NCBI GenBank assembly: GCA_965197715.1
Contig: OZ240224.1
Span: 1,885,657 to 1,949,656 of the forward strand
Direction: 5' to 3'
DNA length: 64,000 nt
DNA from: Dehalococcoidia bacterium
Lineage (GTDB): Bacteria; Chloroflexota; Dehalococcoidia; Lucifugimonadales; UBA1127
In this document: positions 53,691 to 62,600 of the stretch, piece after piece
How the letters are laid out: the number at the start of each line of letters is the position of its first letter
How positions within the stretch are numbered: position 1 is the stretch's first letter
The notes under the pieces: generated by a model
Seen by the model: only the letters and a program-made list of their open reading frames with translations
Told to the model about the DNA's origin: nothing
The model's database searches: none
Position numbers and translations under genes: made by a program

Positions 53691-54767
53691 ATGACGACGC
53701 AGCGGGTCATCGACAGCGACACCCACGTCGACGAAACGAACGCCACGTGGGAGTACATGACGGTCGAGGAGGCGGAACACAAGCCAACGATACGCTTTGA
53801 CCCAAGCCCTGATCCGGGCAGCCCTGGCAGGCCCTACTGGCTGGTCGACGGACTGCGGCAGCGCCGGCCGGACCGCAACGACATGACAAGCCGAACGACG
53901 GCGGAGACCCGGGAGCTGATCGACGTCGAGGCGCGCTTGCGCCACATGGACGAGCTGGGTACGGACGTGCAGGTCATCTACCCAACCCTGTTCATTACTG
54001 ACCCGGCGCCGCGGCCGGAGGTGGAGCTGAGCCTCACACGCAGCTACAACCGCTGGCTGGCGGACCGCTGCGCCGTGGCGAAGGGAAGGCTGCGCTGGAT
54101 CTGCGTGCCGCCACTGAAGAACATGGAGGCTGCGCTGGAGGAGCTACGTTTTGCCAAGGACCACGGCGCATGCGGCGCGTTGAAGAAGGGGGACGAGGAA
54201 GCGGGCCACTGGCCCTCCGATCCGTACTTCTTCCCCCTCTACGAGGAAGCGGAACGGCTTGACATGCCCATTTGCTTCCATACGGGGACAGGGGCGGCGG
54301 AGTCCATAGGCGATACGAGCTTCTTCACTCGGAAGGCGCCGGTGATCAACGGAGTGTGGTCTTTGCTGGTGCACAGCGTGCCGGGCAGGTTTCCAAAGCT
54401 GCGTTTGGGCTGCATCGAAGCTGGAGCTGCATGGGTGCCCATGATGGTGCATGCGCTCAGACGGGACGCGCAGCGTTTCGACCAGTCGAGCAACGACGTG
54501 CGGCGCAGTCGCTACGAGGTGGCGGACAACCTGTTCAAGGCGAACAACATCTACGTTGCATGCCTCATGGACGATAACCTGCCGATGGTCCTCCAGTACG
54601 TCGGCGCGGACAACCTGTTGGCCGGGTCCGACTACAGTCACAACGATTCGTCGCAGGAGCACAAGTTCGTCCGCATTCTGGAGGAGCGCGCCAGCCAGGG
54701 CGAAATCTCGCAGGACGCCGTGCGGAAGATCGTCTACGACAACCCCAAGTCCTTCTACGGTCTGTGA
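53691..54767 (+). CDS. amidohydrolase-2 family protein
   Basis: MTTQRVIDSDTHVDETNATWEYM... with GGGAGGGAGGGA SD. GSDYSHND...NPKSFYGL. Confidence 0.85.
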   Translation: MTTQRVIDSDTHVDETNATWEYMTVEEAEHKPTIRFDPSPDPGSPGRPYWLVDGLRQRRPDRNDMTSRTTAETRELIDVEARLRHMDELGTDVQVIYPTLFITDPAPRPEVELSLTRSYNRWLADRCAVAKGRLRWICVPPLKNMEAALEELRFAKDHGACGALKKGDEEAGHWPSDPYFFPLYEEAERLDMPICFHTGTGAAESIGDTSFFTRKAPVINGVWSLLVHSVPGRFPKLRLGCIEAGAAWVPMMVHALRRDAQRFDQSSNDVRRSRYEVADNLFKANNIYVACLMDDNLPMVLQYVGADNLLAGSDYSHNDSSQEHKFVRILEERASQGEISQDAVRKIVYDNPKSFYGL

Positions 54768-54869
54768 GGCGTTGCCCTCCAGGCTTGAGCGCCGTTCTCG
54801 TGTGAGGAGACCTTTGCGTAACTTCCCGTGGAGAGTGAGGTTGGGAGGGTGAAGCAAACCCCGCCAGCC

Positions 54870-55010
54870 CCGGGCCCCACCCTGGATTCCCGCTTTCGCG
54901 GGAATGACGACGTGGGAGGTGCGGGAATGACGGCGGGTGGGTTCGGGGGTGACGGTTGTGCAAAGGTCTCCTTTCGCGGGAATGACGGTTGTGCAAGGGT
55001 CTCTGTGAGC
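54870..55010. repeat. hairpin repeat family B plus tandem GCGGGAATGACG / GACGGTTGTGCAARGGTCTC units
   Basis: CCCTGGATTCCCGCTTTCGCGGGAATGACG at 54879-54908, followed by further GCGGGAATGACG copies and two copies of GACGGTTGTGCAA(A/G)GGTCTC. Confidence 0.7.
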
Positions 55011-55195
55011 GGCGCGGACTGCCGGCTCAGGCTTGTCCCAACCCGCCTTAGGTATCTACGGCCTTCGGGGGGGCTGCACGCGCTCCAACGTCGTGTCCGA
55101 GCGCCGTGCCCCGCAAGGATGGCATTCGACAGGCTCAGGATGAGGCCGGCGTGGGCGCTTGTCCGGCGGGATAACGGAGAGGAGTAGGTGCAATC

Positions 55196-56833
55196 GTGCG
55201 ACCGATAGCGGAGATCGCCGAGCGGTTGGGGCTGGACCCCAGAGTGCTGATCCCGTATGGGCACCATAAGGCCAAGATTCCGCTGGATGCGGTGAGCAAC
55301 CGCGAGGGGCGGGGGAAGCTGATCGTGGTGACGGGGATGACGCCCACGCCCGCGGGCGAGGGCAAGACGACGACCACGGTGGGTCTGACGCAGGCGATGG
55401 GGCTGCTGGGCGTGAACGTCGCCGCGACGCTGCGGGAGCCGTCGCTGGGCCCGATATTCGGGATCAAGGGAGGCGGCACGGGCGGGGGCATGTCGCGGGT
55501 GGAGCCGGAGGACGAGGTGAACATCCACTTCACCGGGGACGCGCACGCGGTGGGGTCGGCGCACAACCTGCTGGCGGCGCTGACGGACAACGCTGTGCAG
55601 CGCGGGCAGGTGGCAGGCATGTCGCCGGCGGGGATCACGCTGCGGCGGGTGTCCGACATGGAGGAACGGTCGCTGCGGCAGGTGGCGATAGGGCTTGGAG
55701 GCGCGGCCAACGCGCCGGTGCGTGAGACGGGGTTCGACATTGTGACGGCCTCTGAGGTGATGGCAATTCTGGCGTTGAGCACGGATCTGGAGGACCTGCG
55801 GGCACGGTTGAGCAGGATGGTTGTGGGACTCACGGACGAGGGGCGGCCGGTGGCGGCGGCGGAGATTGGAGGCGCGGTGGGGTCGATGATGTCGCTGCTG
55901 CGGCACGCGCTGCTGCCCAACCTGGTGCAGACGACGGAGGGGCAACCGGTCATCGTGCACACGGGGCCGTTCGGGAACATTGCCCACGGGTGCAGCTCCA
56001 TCGTGGGTGACCGGCTGGCGCTGAGCTACGCGGACTACGTGCTGACGGAGGCGGGGTTTGGGGCGGACCTGGGGTTCGAGAAGTTCATGCACATCAAGAC
56101 GAGGACGTCGCAGCTGCGTCCCCATGGGGCGGTGATCGTGGCGACGATACGCGCGCTGAAGTCGCACGGCGGTGTGCGAGCGGCAGAGCTGGACTCGCCG
56201 GACCTGGCCGCGGTTGAGGCGGGGATGTCGAACCTGCGGCACCTGGTGGGGGTCATCCGGTCGTTTGGGCTGCCGGTGGTGGTGGCGCTGAACCGGTTCC
56301 CGACGGATACGGAGGAGGAGCTGCGCGCGGCAAAGCAGGGCAGCGAGGAGGCTGGCGCGGCGGCGGCGGTGGAAAGCAGCCCGTTCACGGAGGGCGGCGC
56401 AGGGTGCACGGACCTGGCGGAGGCGCTGATGGCCGCGACGCGGGGCGTGCCGGAGGGCGGGGTGGCGGAGATCGACTACGCGTATGAGCTGTCGGACTCG
56501 TTGGAGGACAAGGTGCTGGCGCTGGCGCGCCGAGTGTACAACGCCAGGGACGTGTCCTGGAGCCCGGGTGCACGCGGGCAGCTGCGGCGGTTCCGGGACC
56601 TGGGGTGGGACGGGCTGCCGGTATGCATGGCGAAGACGCACCTATCGATCAGCGACCGGGCGGAGCGGAAGGGGCGGCCGTCGGACTACACGTTTGAGGT
56701 GCGCGACGTACGGGCGTCGATAGGCGCCGGGTTCATCTACCCGATCGCAGGGAACATCGTAACGATGCCCGGGCTTCCGGGCAGGCCGCGGTCCCTGGAC
56801 GTGGACGCGGAGGGGGCAGTGGCGGGGCTGTAG
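55196..56833 (+). CDS. fhs: formate--tetrahydrofolate ligase
   Basis: IAEIAERLGLD...YGHHKAKI, VTGMTPTPAGEGKTTTTVGL P-loop, EAGFGADLGFEKF. GTG start; an in-frame stop at 55172 precludes a longer N-terminus. Confidence 0.92.
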   Translation: MRPIAEIAERLGLDPRVLIPYGHHKAKIPLDAVSNREGRGKLIVVTGMTPTPAGEGKTTTTVGLTQAMGLLGVNVAATLREPSLGPIFGIKGGGTGGGMSRVEPEDEVNIHFTGDAHAVGSAHNLLAALTDNAVQRGQVAGMSPAGITLRRVSDMEERSLRQVAIGLGGAANAPVRETGFDIVTASEVMAILALSTDLEDLRARLSRMVVGLTDEGRPVAAAEIGGAVGSMMSLLRHALLPNLVQTTEGQPVIVHTGPFGNIAHGCSSIVGDRLALSYADYVLTEAGFGADLGFEKFMHIKTRTSQLRPHGAVIVATIRALKSHGGVRAAELDSPDLAAVEAGMSNLRHLVGVIRSFGLPVVVALNRFPTDTEEELRAAKQGSEEAGAAAAVESSPFTEGGAGCTDLAEALMAATRGVPEGGVAEIDYAYELSDSLEDKVLALARRVYNARDVSWSPGARGQLRRFRDLGWDGLPVCMAKTHLSISDRAERKGRPSDYTFEVRDVRASIGAGFIYPIAGNIVTMPGLPGRPRSLDVDAEGAVAGL

Positions 56834-56922
56834 GGGGGGTCGGCCCCCCCGGTCGGCGACGGCGCGGCGGCCACCCGTCGTTTGCGAAGAGGGCCCCGCG
56901 TTTGCTACCATAGAGGCTGCGC

Positions 56923-56996
56923 TGGGGATTCGTTTAGTGGTAGGACGGCAGACTCTGGATCTGCAAGCCCTGGTTCGAATCCAGGATCCCCAGCCA
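56923..56996 (+). tRNA. tRNA-Gln (anticodon CUG), CCA encoded
   Basis: TGGGGAT/ATCCCCA acceptor, GCAGA-CTCTGGA-TCTGC anticodon arm, CCTGG-TTCGAAT-CCAGG T arm. Confidence 0.88.
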
Positions 56997-57005
56997 TTGC
57001 TGTGT

Positions 57006-57079
57006 GGCGCATTCGTCTAGTGGCCAAGGACACCGCCCTCTCAAGGCGGAGATCACGGGTTCGAATCCCGTATGCGCCA
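57006..57079 (+). tRNA. tRNA-Glu (anticodon CUC)
   Basis: GGCGCAT/ATGCGCC acceptor, CCGCC-CTCTCAA-GGCGG anticodon arm, ACGGG-TTCGAAT-CCCGT T arm. Confidence 0.88.
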
Positions 57080-57137
57080 GTATCACCTCCCCCATTAGCT
57101 TGACAAACAGCCCACTCTTGCAGCAAAATCCCCCTAA

Positions 57138-57162
57138 CGGTGGTAAAAGCCGGTGGTAAAAG
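57138..57162 (+). repeat. tandem 12-nt direct repeat CGGTGGTAAAAG x2 between tRNA-Glu and integrase
   Basis: Copies at 57138-57149 and 57151-57162, identical and separated by 1 nt. Confidence 0.8.
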
Positions 57163-57173
57163 GGGGTGGCCGC

Positions 57174-58460
57174 ATGGCTGGTTTGACAGCCGAGAAGGTG
57201 CGTGGACTAAGAGACAGGGGGCGGTACGGCGACGGCGGGGGCCTGTATCTCTACATCGCGCCGGGGGGAACCAAGTCCTGGGTTCTGCGGGTGAGGGTGG
57301 ACGGCCGGCGCACGGACAAGGGCCTTGGCGGGTATCCCGCCGTCTCCCTGACGGAGGCGCGAAAGGCGGCGGAGGCATATCGGGTGGCGCTGCGCAGCGG
57401 CCAGCAGCCACGGCCGACCCATCCGAAGGCAAGGGAACGCCGGGCCGAGGCCCGGTCCCTCACCGTTGCCGAAGCCGCCCGCCGAGTGCACGAGGCGAAG
57501 GTCCGGGGCGGACGGCTGGCCAACCCCCAGCACTCGCGAAACTGGCTGCAGGTTCTTGAGCGCCACGCCTTTCCTGCCATCGGGGATATGCCCATCGCGC
57601 AGGTCACCAAGCGGGACATTGCGGAGATGCTGGAACCGATATGGGACAGGCTTCCCGATACGGCCCGGCGTGTCCGCCAGCGCCTGCGGGCCACCTTCAC
57701 CTGGGCGTTAGGCTTTGACCTGATCGCCGGCCCGAACCCCGCCGGCGAGGCGATTGAAGGGCTTATCGCGGAGTGGGGCAGGCGGCCCCGCGCAGTCCAC
57801 TACAGCGCCCTTGACTATCGAGACGTGGCTGCGGCCTTCGTAACCATCAAGCGCTCCCAAGGGATGCGGGAGACGCGGCTGGCCTTCCAGTTCCTGATTC
57901 TCACTGCGGCCCGGTCCGGGGAAGTACGGGGCGCGATCTGGAGCGAGATCGACCTGGAGGGGATGGTTTGGACAGTGCCGGCAGAGCGGATGAAGACTGG
58001 CAAGTCCCACCGCGTGCCGCTGTCCATGCAGGCCCTGTGGGTGCTGTTGGCGGCCAGGCAGGCCATACGGAAGCGCCGGAAGCGCCGGCCGGACTACAAC
58101 AAATACGGCCCGATCTATACAGGCCCCATCAACCCCAACGCGCTGGTGTTCCCGAACCCCAGCGGCCGGCCCCTCAGCGACAACGCACTCAGTCTCCGCG
58201 CCAAGAAGGACGGCCTCGGTTGCGTCCCCCACGGCTTCCGCAGCAGCTTCCGCGATTGGGCCGCCGAACAATCCGGCGCGAGCCGCGAGGCAATCGAGAT
58301 GAGCCTGGCGCACATTGTCGGCGGGCCAGTGGAGCGGGCGTACTTTCGCTCCGACTTGTTGGAGCAGAGGCGCCGGCTCCTGCAGGTGTGGGCAGACTAC
58401 GTCGACCCCCTCCCACCCTTCGCCAGAGGCGTTGACGTAGGAAACGCCCAGGGCGCTTAG
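57174..58460 (+). mobile_element. int: tyrosine recombinase / P4-type phage integrase (DUF4102 arm-binding N-terminus)
   Basis: MAGLTAEKVRGLRDRGRYGDGGGLYLYIAPGGTKSWVLR... (DUF4102-like). C-terminal catalytic residues in ...TAARSGEVRG..., HRVPLS, HGFRSSFRDWA, LAHIVGGPVERAY. Lies 95 nt from a tRNA 3' end. Confidence 0.85.
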
Positions 58461-58528
58461 GCGTCCTGGGCTGTTCTGCTTGGGTTTGATGCCCTTGGCC
58501 GCATGGCGATGAGCGGACGCAGGCATAC

Positions 58529-58810
58529 ATGGTGGAGTTGTTTGCGTGGATTGACGGAGTTGTGGAGAGCGGGACATTGGATTCCGGCGGACCGCTGGAA
58601 GCCGCCGGCAGGAAGGTCTCCAAGGACACGATCACGGATACCATGATGGATGGCATGGGCATCGACAGCTACCTAATCATCAACGCCGAATCGCTCGACG
58701 ATGCGGCGAGGATTATTCAGGGCTCCCCGCATATGGCCTTGGGTGGGCGCGCCATCGTACGACCCCGTCTGGACGGTTCAAACCCAGCCCCTACGGATGC
58801 GCCACGATAA
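58529..58810 (+). CDS. YCII/DGPF-like domain protein, probably N-terminally truncated
   Basis: W..GVVESGTLDSGGPLEAAGRKV...IDSYLIINAESLDDAARIIQGSPHMALGGRAIVRP follows the C-terminal two-thirds of the YCII-related pattern. The usual N-terminal beta strand is absent. Confidence 0.4.
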   Translation: MVELFAWIDGVVESGTLDSGGPLEAAGRKVSKDTITDTMMDGMGIDSYLIINAESLDDAARIIQGSPHMALGGRAIVRPRLDGSNPAPTDAPR

Positions 58811-58829
58811 CCACGGCTTCCATCGGGTC

Positions 58830-59312
58830 GGCCCACCGTGGTCTTCGCCAGAGGCGGTGTGCCGATGAACAACATGGCCCGGGTCCTGTGGCGTTTAGGG
58901 TTGGTTCCCGTTTTCAGGCGGGGCGGCTACCAGGTCTAGCGGTGTACACCGGAGACCTGGCGGCCAAGGCGGTGATGCTGGCTCTCAGAGTGAGAGCTCC
59001 GTGGCCGACGCTGCCGGGCCGGACACCTTCTCCTTCGAGGCCCTGCTTCGCCAGCTGGCATCCTCGACGGGCGTCCGAAGATGGTTCCTACACACGCCTC
59101 CGCGCGTGGGTCTGGCCTTGACCGGGCTGGTCGGCCTGCTGATGCGTGACATGTCGCTCACCCGTGACGAGGTTGTTGGTCTCATGGATGGCCTGCTGAC
59201 ATCGGACGAACCGCCGACCGGCACGACGAGGCTAACCGATTGGCTGGCAGAGAACGGGGACGGCCTCGGGAGACGGTACGTGTCGGAACTGCGGCGTAAC
59301 TTCCGCGGGTAG
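58830..59312 (+). pseudogene. frameshifted 3' fragment of an NAD(P)H-binding (NmrA / NDUFA9-like SDR) gene
   Basis: Three frames carry consecutive homologous pieces: ...LVPVFRRGGYQV-stop, then VYTGDLAAKAVMLAL, then AAGPDTFSFEALLRQLASSTG...LTRDEVVGLM...TTRLTDWL. The Rossmann N-terminus is missing. Confidence 0.45.
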
Positions 59313-59674
59313 TGGCCATCGGGACGGGGCGGGCAAAGGATGGCTGCGCGAGCATGGGTGGCATTGCCGCCGCCCATGCGGCCCTGTGATAACCGTGGGG
59401 TGGCGGGCCGGGCTTTGGGGGAGCCTCACAGTCCCCCCAGCCACATCTCGAAGATGGTTCTGCCTACCATCCACTTAGGCCCACTCGCTGAGGCTCGAAC
59501 CACATGAGTGGAATCCTAGGCGCCGTTGCCTTCTACGGAACCCAGGTCTACTACCCTGCAGTGCCGTAGGGTCTCGTCGCTATTGCCCAAGAGGCAACAA
59601 CGCCAACGCTTTCGTGACCATTGCTCTCCCTTGCTTCTGCCCGCTCCTGCGCTCCACTCTCCGGGGCCGTCGAA

Positions 59675-62600
59675 TCAGCCGGCGAAGTAGACCCGGACGA
59701 CCTCTATGGTCTCTTCCTTGCTGATGACGCCATTGAAGTAGTCGACGACCGCCGCGATGGCCTCGTCCCGGTCGATGGCCCCGTTGTCGTCCGTGTCATA
59801 GCGGCCAGCCGTGCCGTCCAACCCCACGTTGGTCACCGTGACCGTCACCTCCATAACGTCGCTGCGACCCCGACGGTCTTCCACGCGCGCGGTGAGGGTG
59901 TAGCTGATCCGGGTCTCGTAGTCCAGGGGAGCCCTGGTCTGCAGCTGTCCCGTCGCCGCGTCAATGTCGAAGGCCGAGACGTCTTCCCCCTCCAGGGTGT
60001 AGGTCAGCGTGTCCCGCCGGTCCGGGTCCACGGCCTCCAGCGGCGCGCCGATGTCCTGGCCCGCCGCCGTGTTCTCGGGCACAGAGCGCGTGGTCGCGTC
60101 GCCGTCGGTGAACGCCGGCGACCGGTTACGAGGCGTGCCGCCGCCGCCACCACCAACGCCCCCGCCGCCACCGCCGCCGCCCGACGATTGTTGTGGGGGA
60201 GGAGGTGGGGGGGGTGGTGCCGGGGTTTCCCGAGTGGTTGCGGTCGCCTCGTTGGACCACTCCGCTTCACCGTCCTCGTTGACCGCCCGAAGCCGGTAGG
60301 TGTACTCTGTCCCCTCCGAAACGTCCTCGTCCCGGTGGGACGTCGTCCCCTGCGGCGGCTGCGGGAAGACGGAAGCGTAGTCGTCGGTTCCCGCTTTGCG
60401 TTCCAGCTCATAGCCCGTGATGGCGCTGCCGTTGTCGTCCGGCGGGCTCCACGTCACGTCGATGTGCCCACGCTCTCCCGTCGCCCGCAGGTCCGTGACC
60501 CGCCCCGGCGGCGCATCCAGCGCCGTCGTCACCGACCCGTTGTCGTCCGCCGGTCTTCGGTCCAACTGGTCCGCTGCCGCCACGGCGGTGAAGCCCATAT
60601 CCGCCGAGGCGCCGTCCCTGACTTGGACGACGATCTCCCCAACAGCGGTGTCGCCGACTTCCAGCGTCCCGACCGCGCACGCGACCGTCCGGCCCGACCG
60701 CCCGCACTGGCCCGTAGCTGGACTGGTCACCTGGGCCGAAACGAAGGTCATCCCCCCGTCCAGGGTGCCGGTGAGGACCGTGCTTGTTGCGGCGGCGGGC
60801 CCGCTGTTGTAGATCGACCACTCATAGGTCAGTTCCTCGCCGGGCTCCACGGCGCTGGTACGGGCGGTCACCGTCGTCCGCAGGTCCACCAAGGACGCCA
60901 CGTCGTCCGTGGTGGTCAACGTGGCCGTCGCCGCGCCGAGGATGAGGTGCGGCCGGTCCGCGCCGGCAAGGGCCAGCAGGACGGTGAACCGTTCCAACGG
61001 CTCGTCGACGGTGTCGTGCGCGACGGTGACGGTGAAGACGACCGAGGCAACATAGCGAAACTGGCCACCGCCCACCGGGGTCCGGAAGAAGTCGTTGTGG
61101 TCAAAGGTCTCCATTGCCGTGAACTCTTCGTAGTCATCGGGCTGCTGTGCGGTGCCGTCGACGGTGCGCACGGTGAAGGCCAGAGTGAACCCGCTCTCGG
61201 GGCGTTTGTCCGTGGCTGTGACCGCCTCTGCGCGCAGGTTCACCGCCGTCGTGGCGCCGGGACTCGTGGGCTCTTCCGCCGTGAAGGCCGTCTCCTCCCA
61301 CCCCAGGGTCACCGGCACGTAGTCGTCGTCGATGAGCTCTACGACCGTCTCGGACGGACTGCCGGCGGACACCCCATCGGGCAGGTCGCCGAAGGACAAC
61401 GTTACGCTTTCGCCATCGTCGTCGACGCGGTCGTCAGCGGCGGTGACGTGGGCCTCCTTTTCGGTCTCGCCGGGCCGGAAGGTGACCTGCGCCGTGGCGG
61501 CGTAGTCGGAGGAATCTGCTCCCCCACCCGTGGCCGCATGCAGCGGGATCCTGAGGGTCCGGTGCGGGTCCTTGTCCAGCATGACCTTGACGGTGGCCCG
61601 CTGGCCCCCTTCCGCAGCCGCATAGCCGCCTGCGCCGAAGGAGACGGTCACCTGGGTCACCATCACCGCTTCCGTGGCGTCACTGGTCAGCTCCTCGACA
61701 GTGTTGTTGTCATCGGTGAACGACACCCGCACCGTGAGCTGGCGGCCCACATCAGCCCCTTGCACGGTGTAGGTGGGTGATGTGGCACCAGAGATGGTAG
61801 CGGCCTGTCCGCCGGCGTCCACGCGCAGCCATTGGTATTTGTAGCCGGGGCTGGCCAGGCCATCCCCATCAGCGATGGCGGACGTGTGCGCCGTCAGCTC
61901 TTCACCCACCTCTGGCGCGCCGGTGACGCCGGCGATGAACGGCGCGCCCGTTGGCGCGAAGTTCATCGACTCCAGCGTGAACGTGAGGGTAGCGATTCTC
62001 TCGGTGGAAAACTTGCCCGTCCCGCGGATGCTGTGGATGACGCCGCGCGGGCTGGTGTCGACGCTGGGGCTGAGCGAGAAGTCGTTGCCCTCCTCGCTGC
62101 CGGCGTCCCACGGATACAGGAAGACGCGAACCCACGCCAACCAGTTGCCCTGCGCGTTGAGCAGGGGCAACCCGGAGACGCCGACGAACCAGTCGTGGCT
62201 CGGCGCGATCATCGTGGTCAGCGTCACCCGCGGGAACTCGGTGGTAAGCATGACGTTGCTCAGGGTGTCGGAGCCCGTCGCGCCGATGTTGCCGGAGCGC
62301 CTCAGCACGCTGAGCGCGGTCGCCGGGGTGGCGTTGATGGCTGCCTGGACTTCGTTCCGGAGTTTTCCCGTTCCCCCGATTTCCGCCATCTGCTCGACCC
62401 CGCCGCTGGCCGTCCCGCCGCGTTCGAGGAAGGTCACATCGGCCCCGTGGACGCCTCCGATAAGGGGTGAGAAGTGCGCCCCGCTAGGGCGACCGTCCGG
62501 CGTGACGTCGGTGGTCCAGGCTCCCTGGAACACGATCGTGTAGAGGGCCGTTGACGCGACCGGCACGGGGGGATCGCTCGCCGGCGGGCTCAGCGAGGTG

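Noticed and set aside
54755-56641. 628-aa ORF on the minus strand
   Set aside because: It is entirely antisense to the clearly recognisable fhs gene. The composition is dominated by Arg/Pro/His/Gln with no motifs. This is a typical shadow ORF in high-GC DNA.
59495-59535. Possible attR (repeat of tRNA-Glu 3' end) for the integrase island
   Set aside because: GGAATCCTAGGCGCC resembles CGAATCCCGTATGCGCC only loosely, with several mismatches and an indel. That is not convincing as a direct repeat.
59621-61780. 719-aa ORF on the plus strand
   Set aside because: It is antisense to the giant multidomain surface-protein gene. It is Arg/Gly/Val/Pro-rich with no recognisable domain, so it is a shadow ORF.
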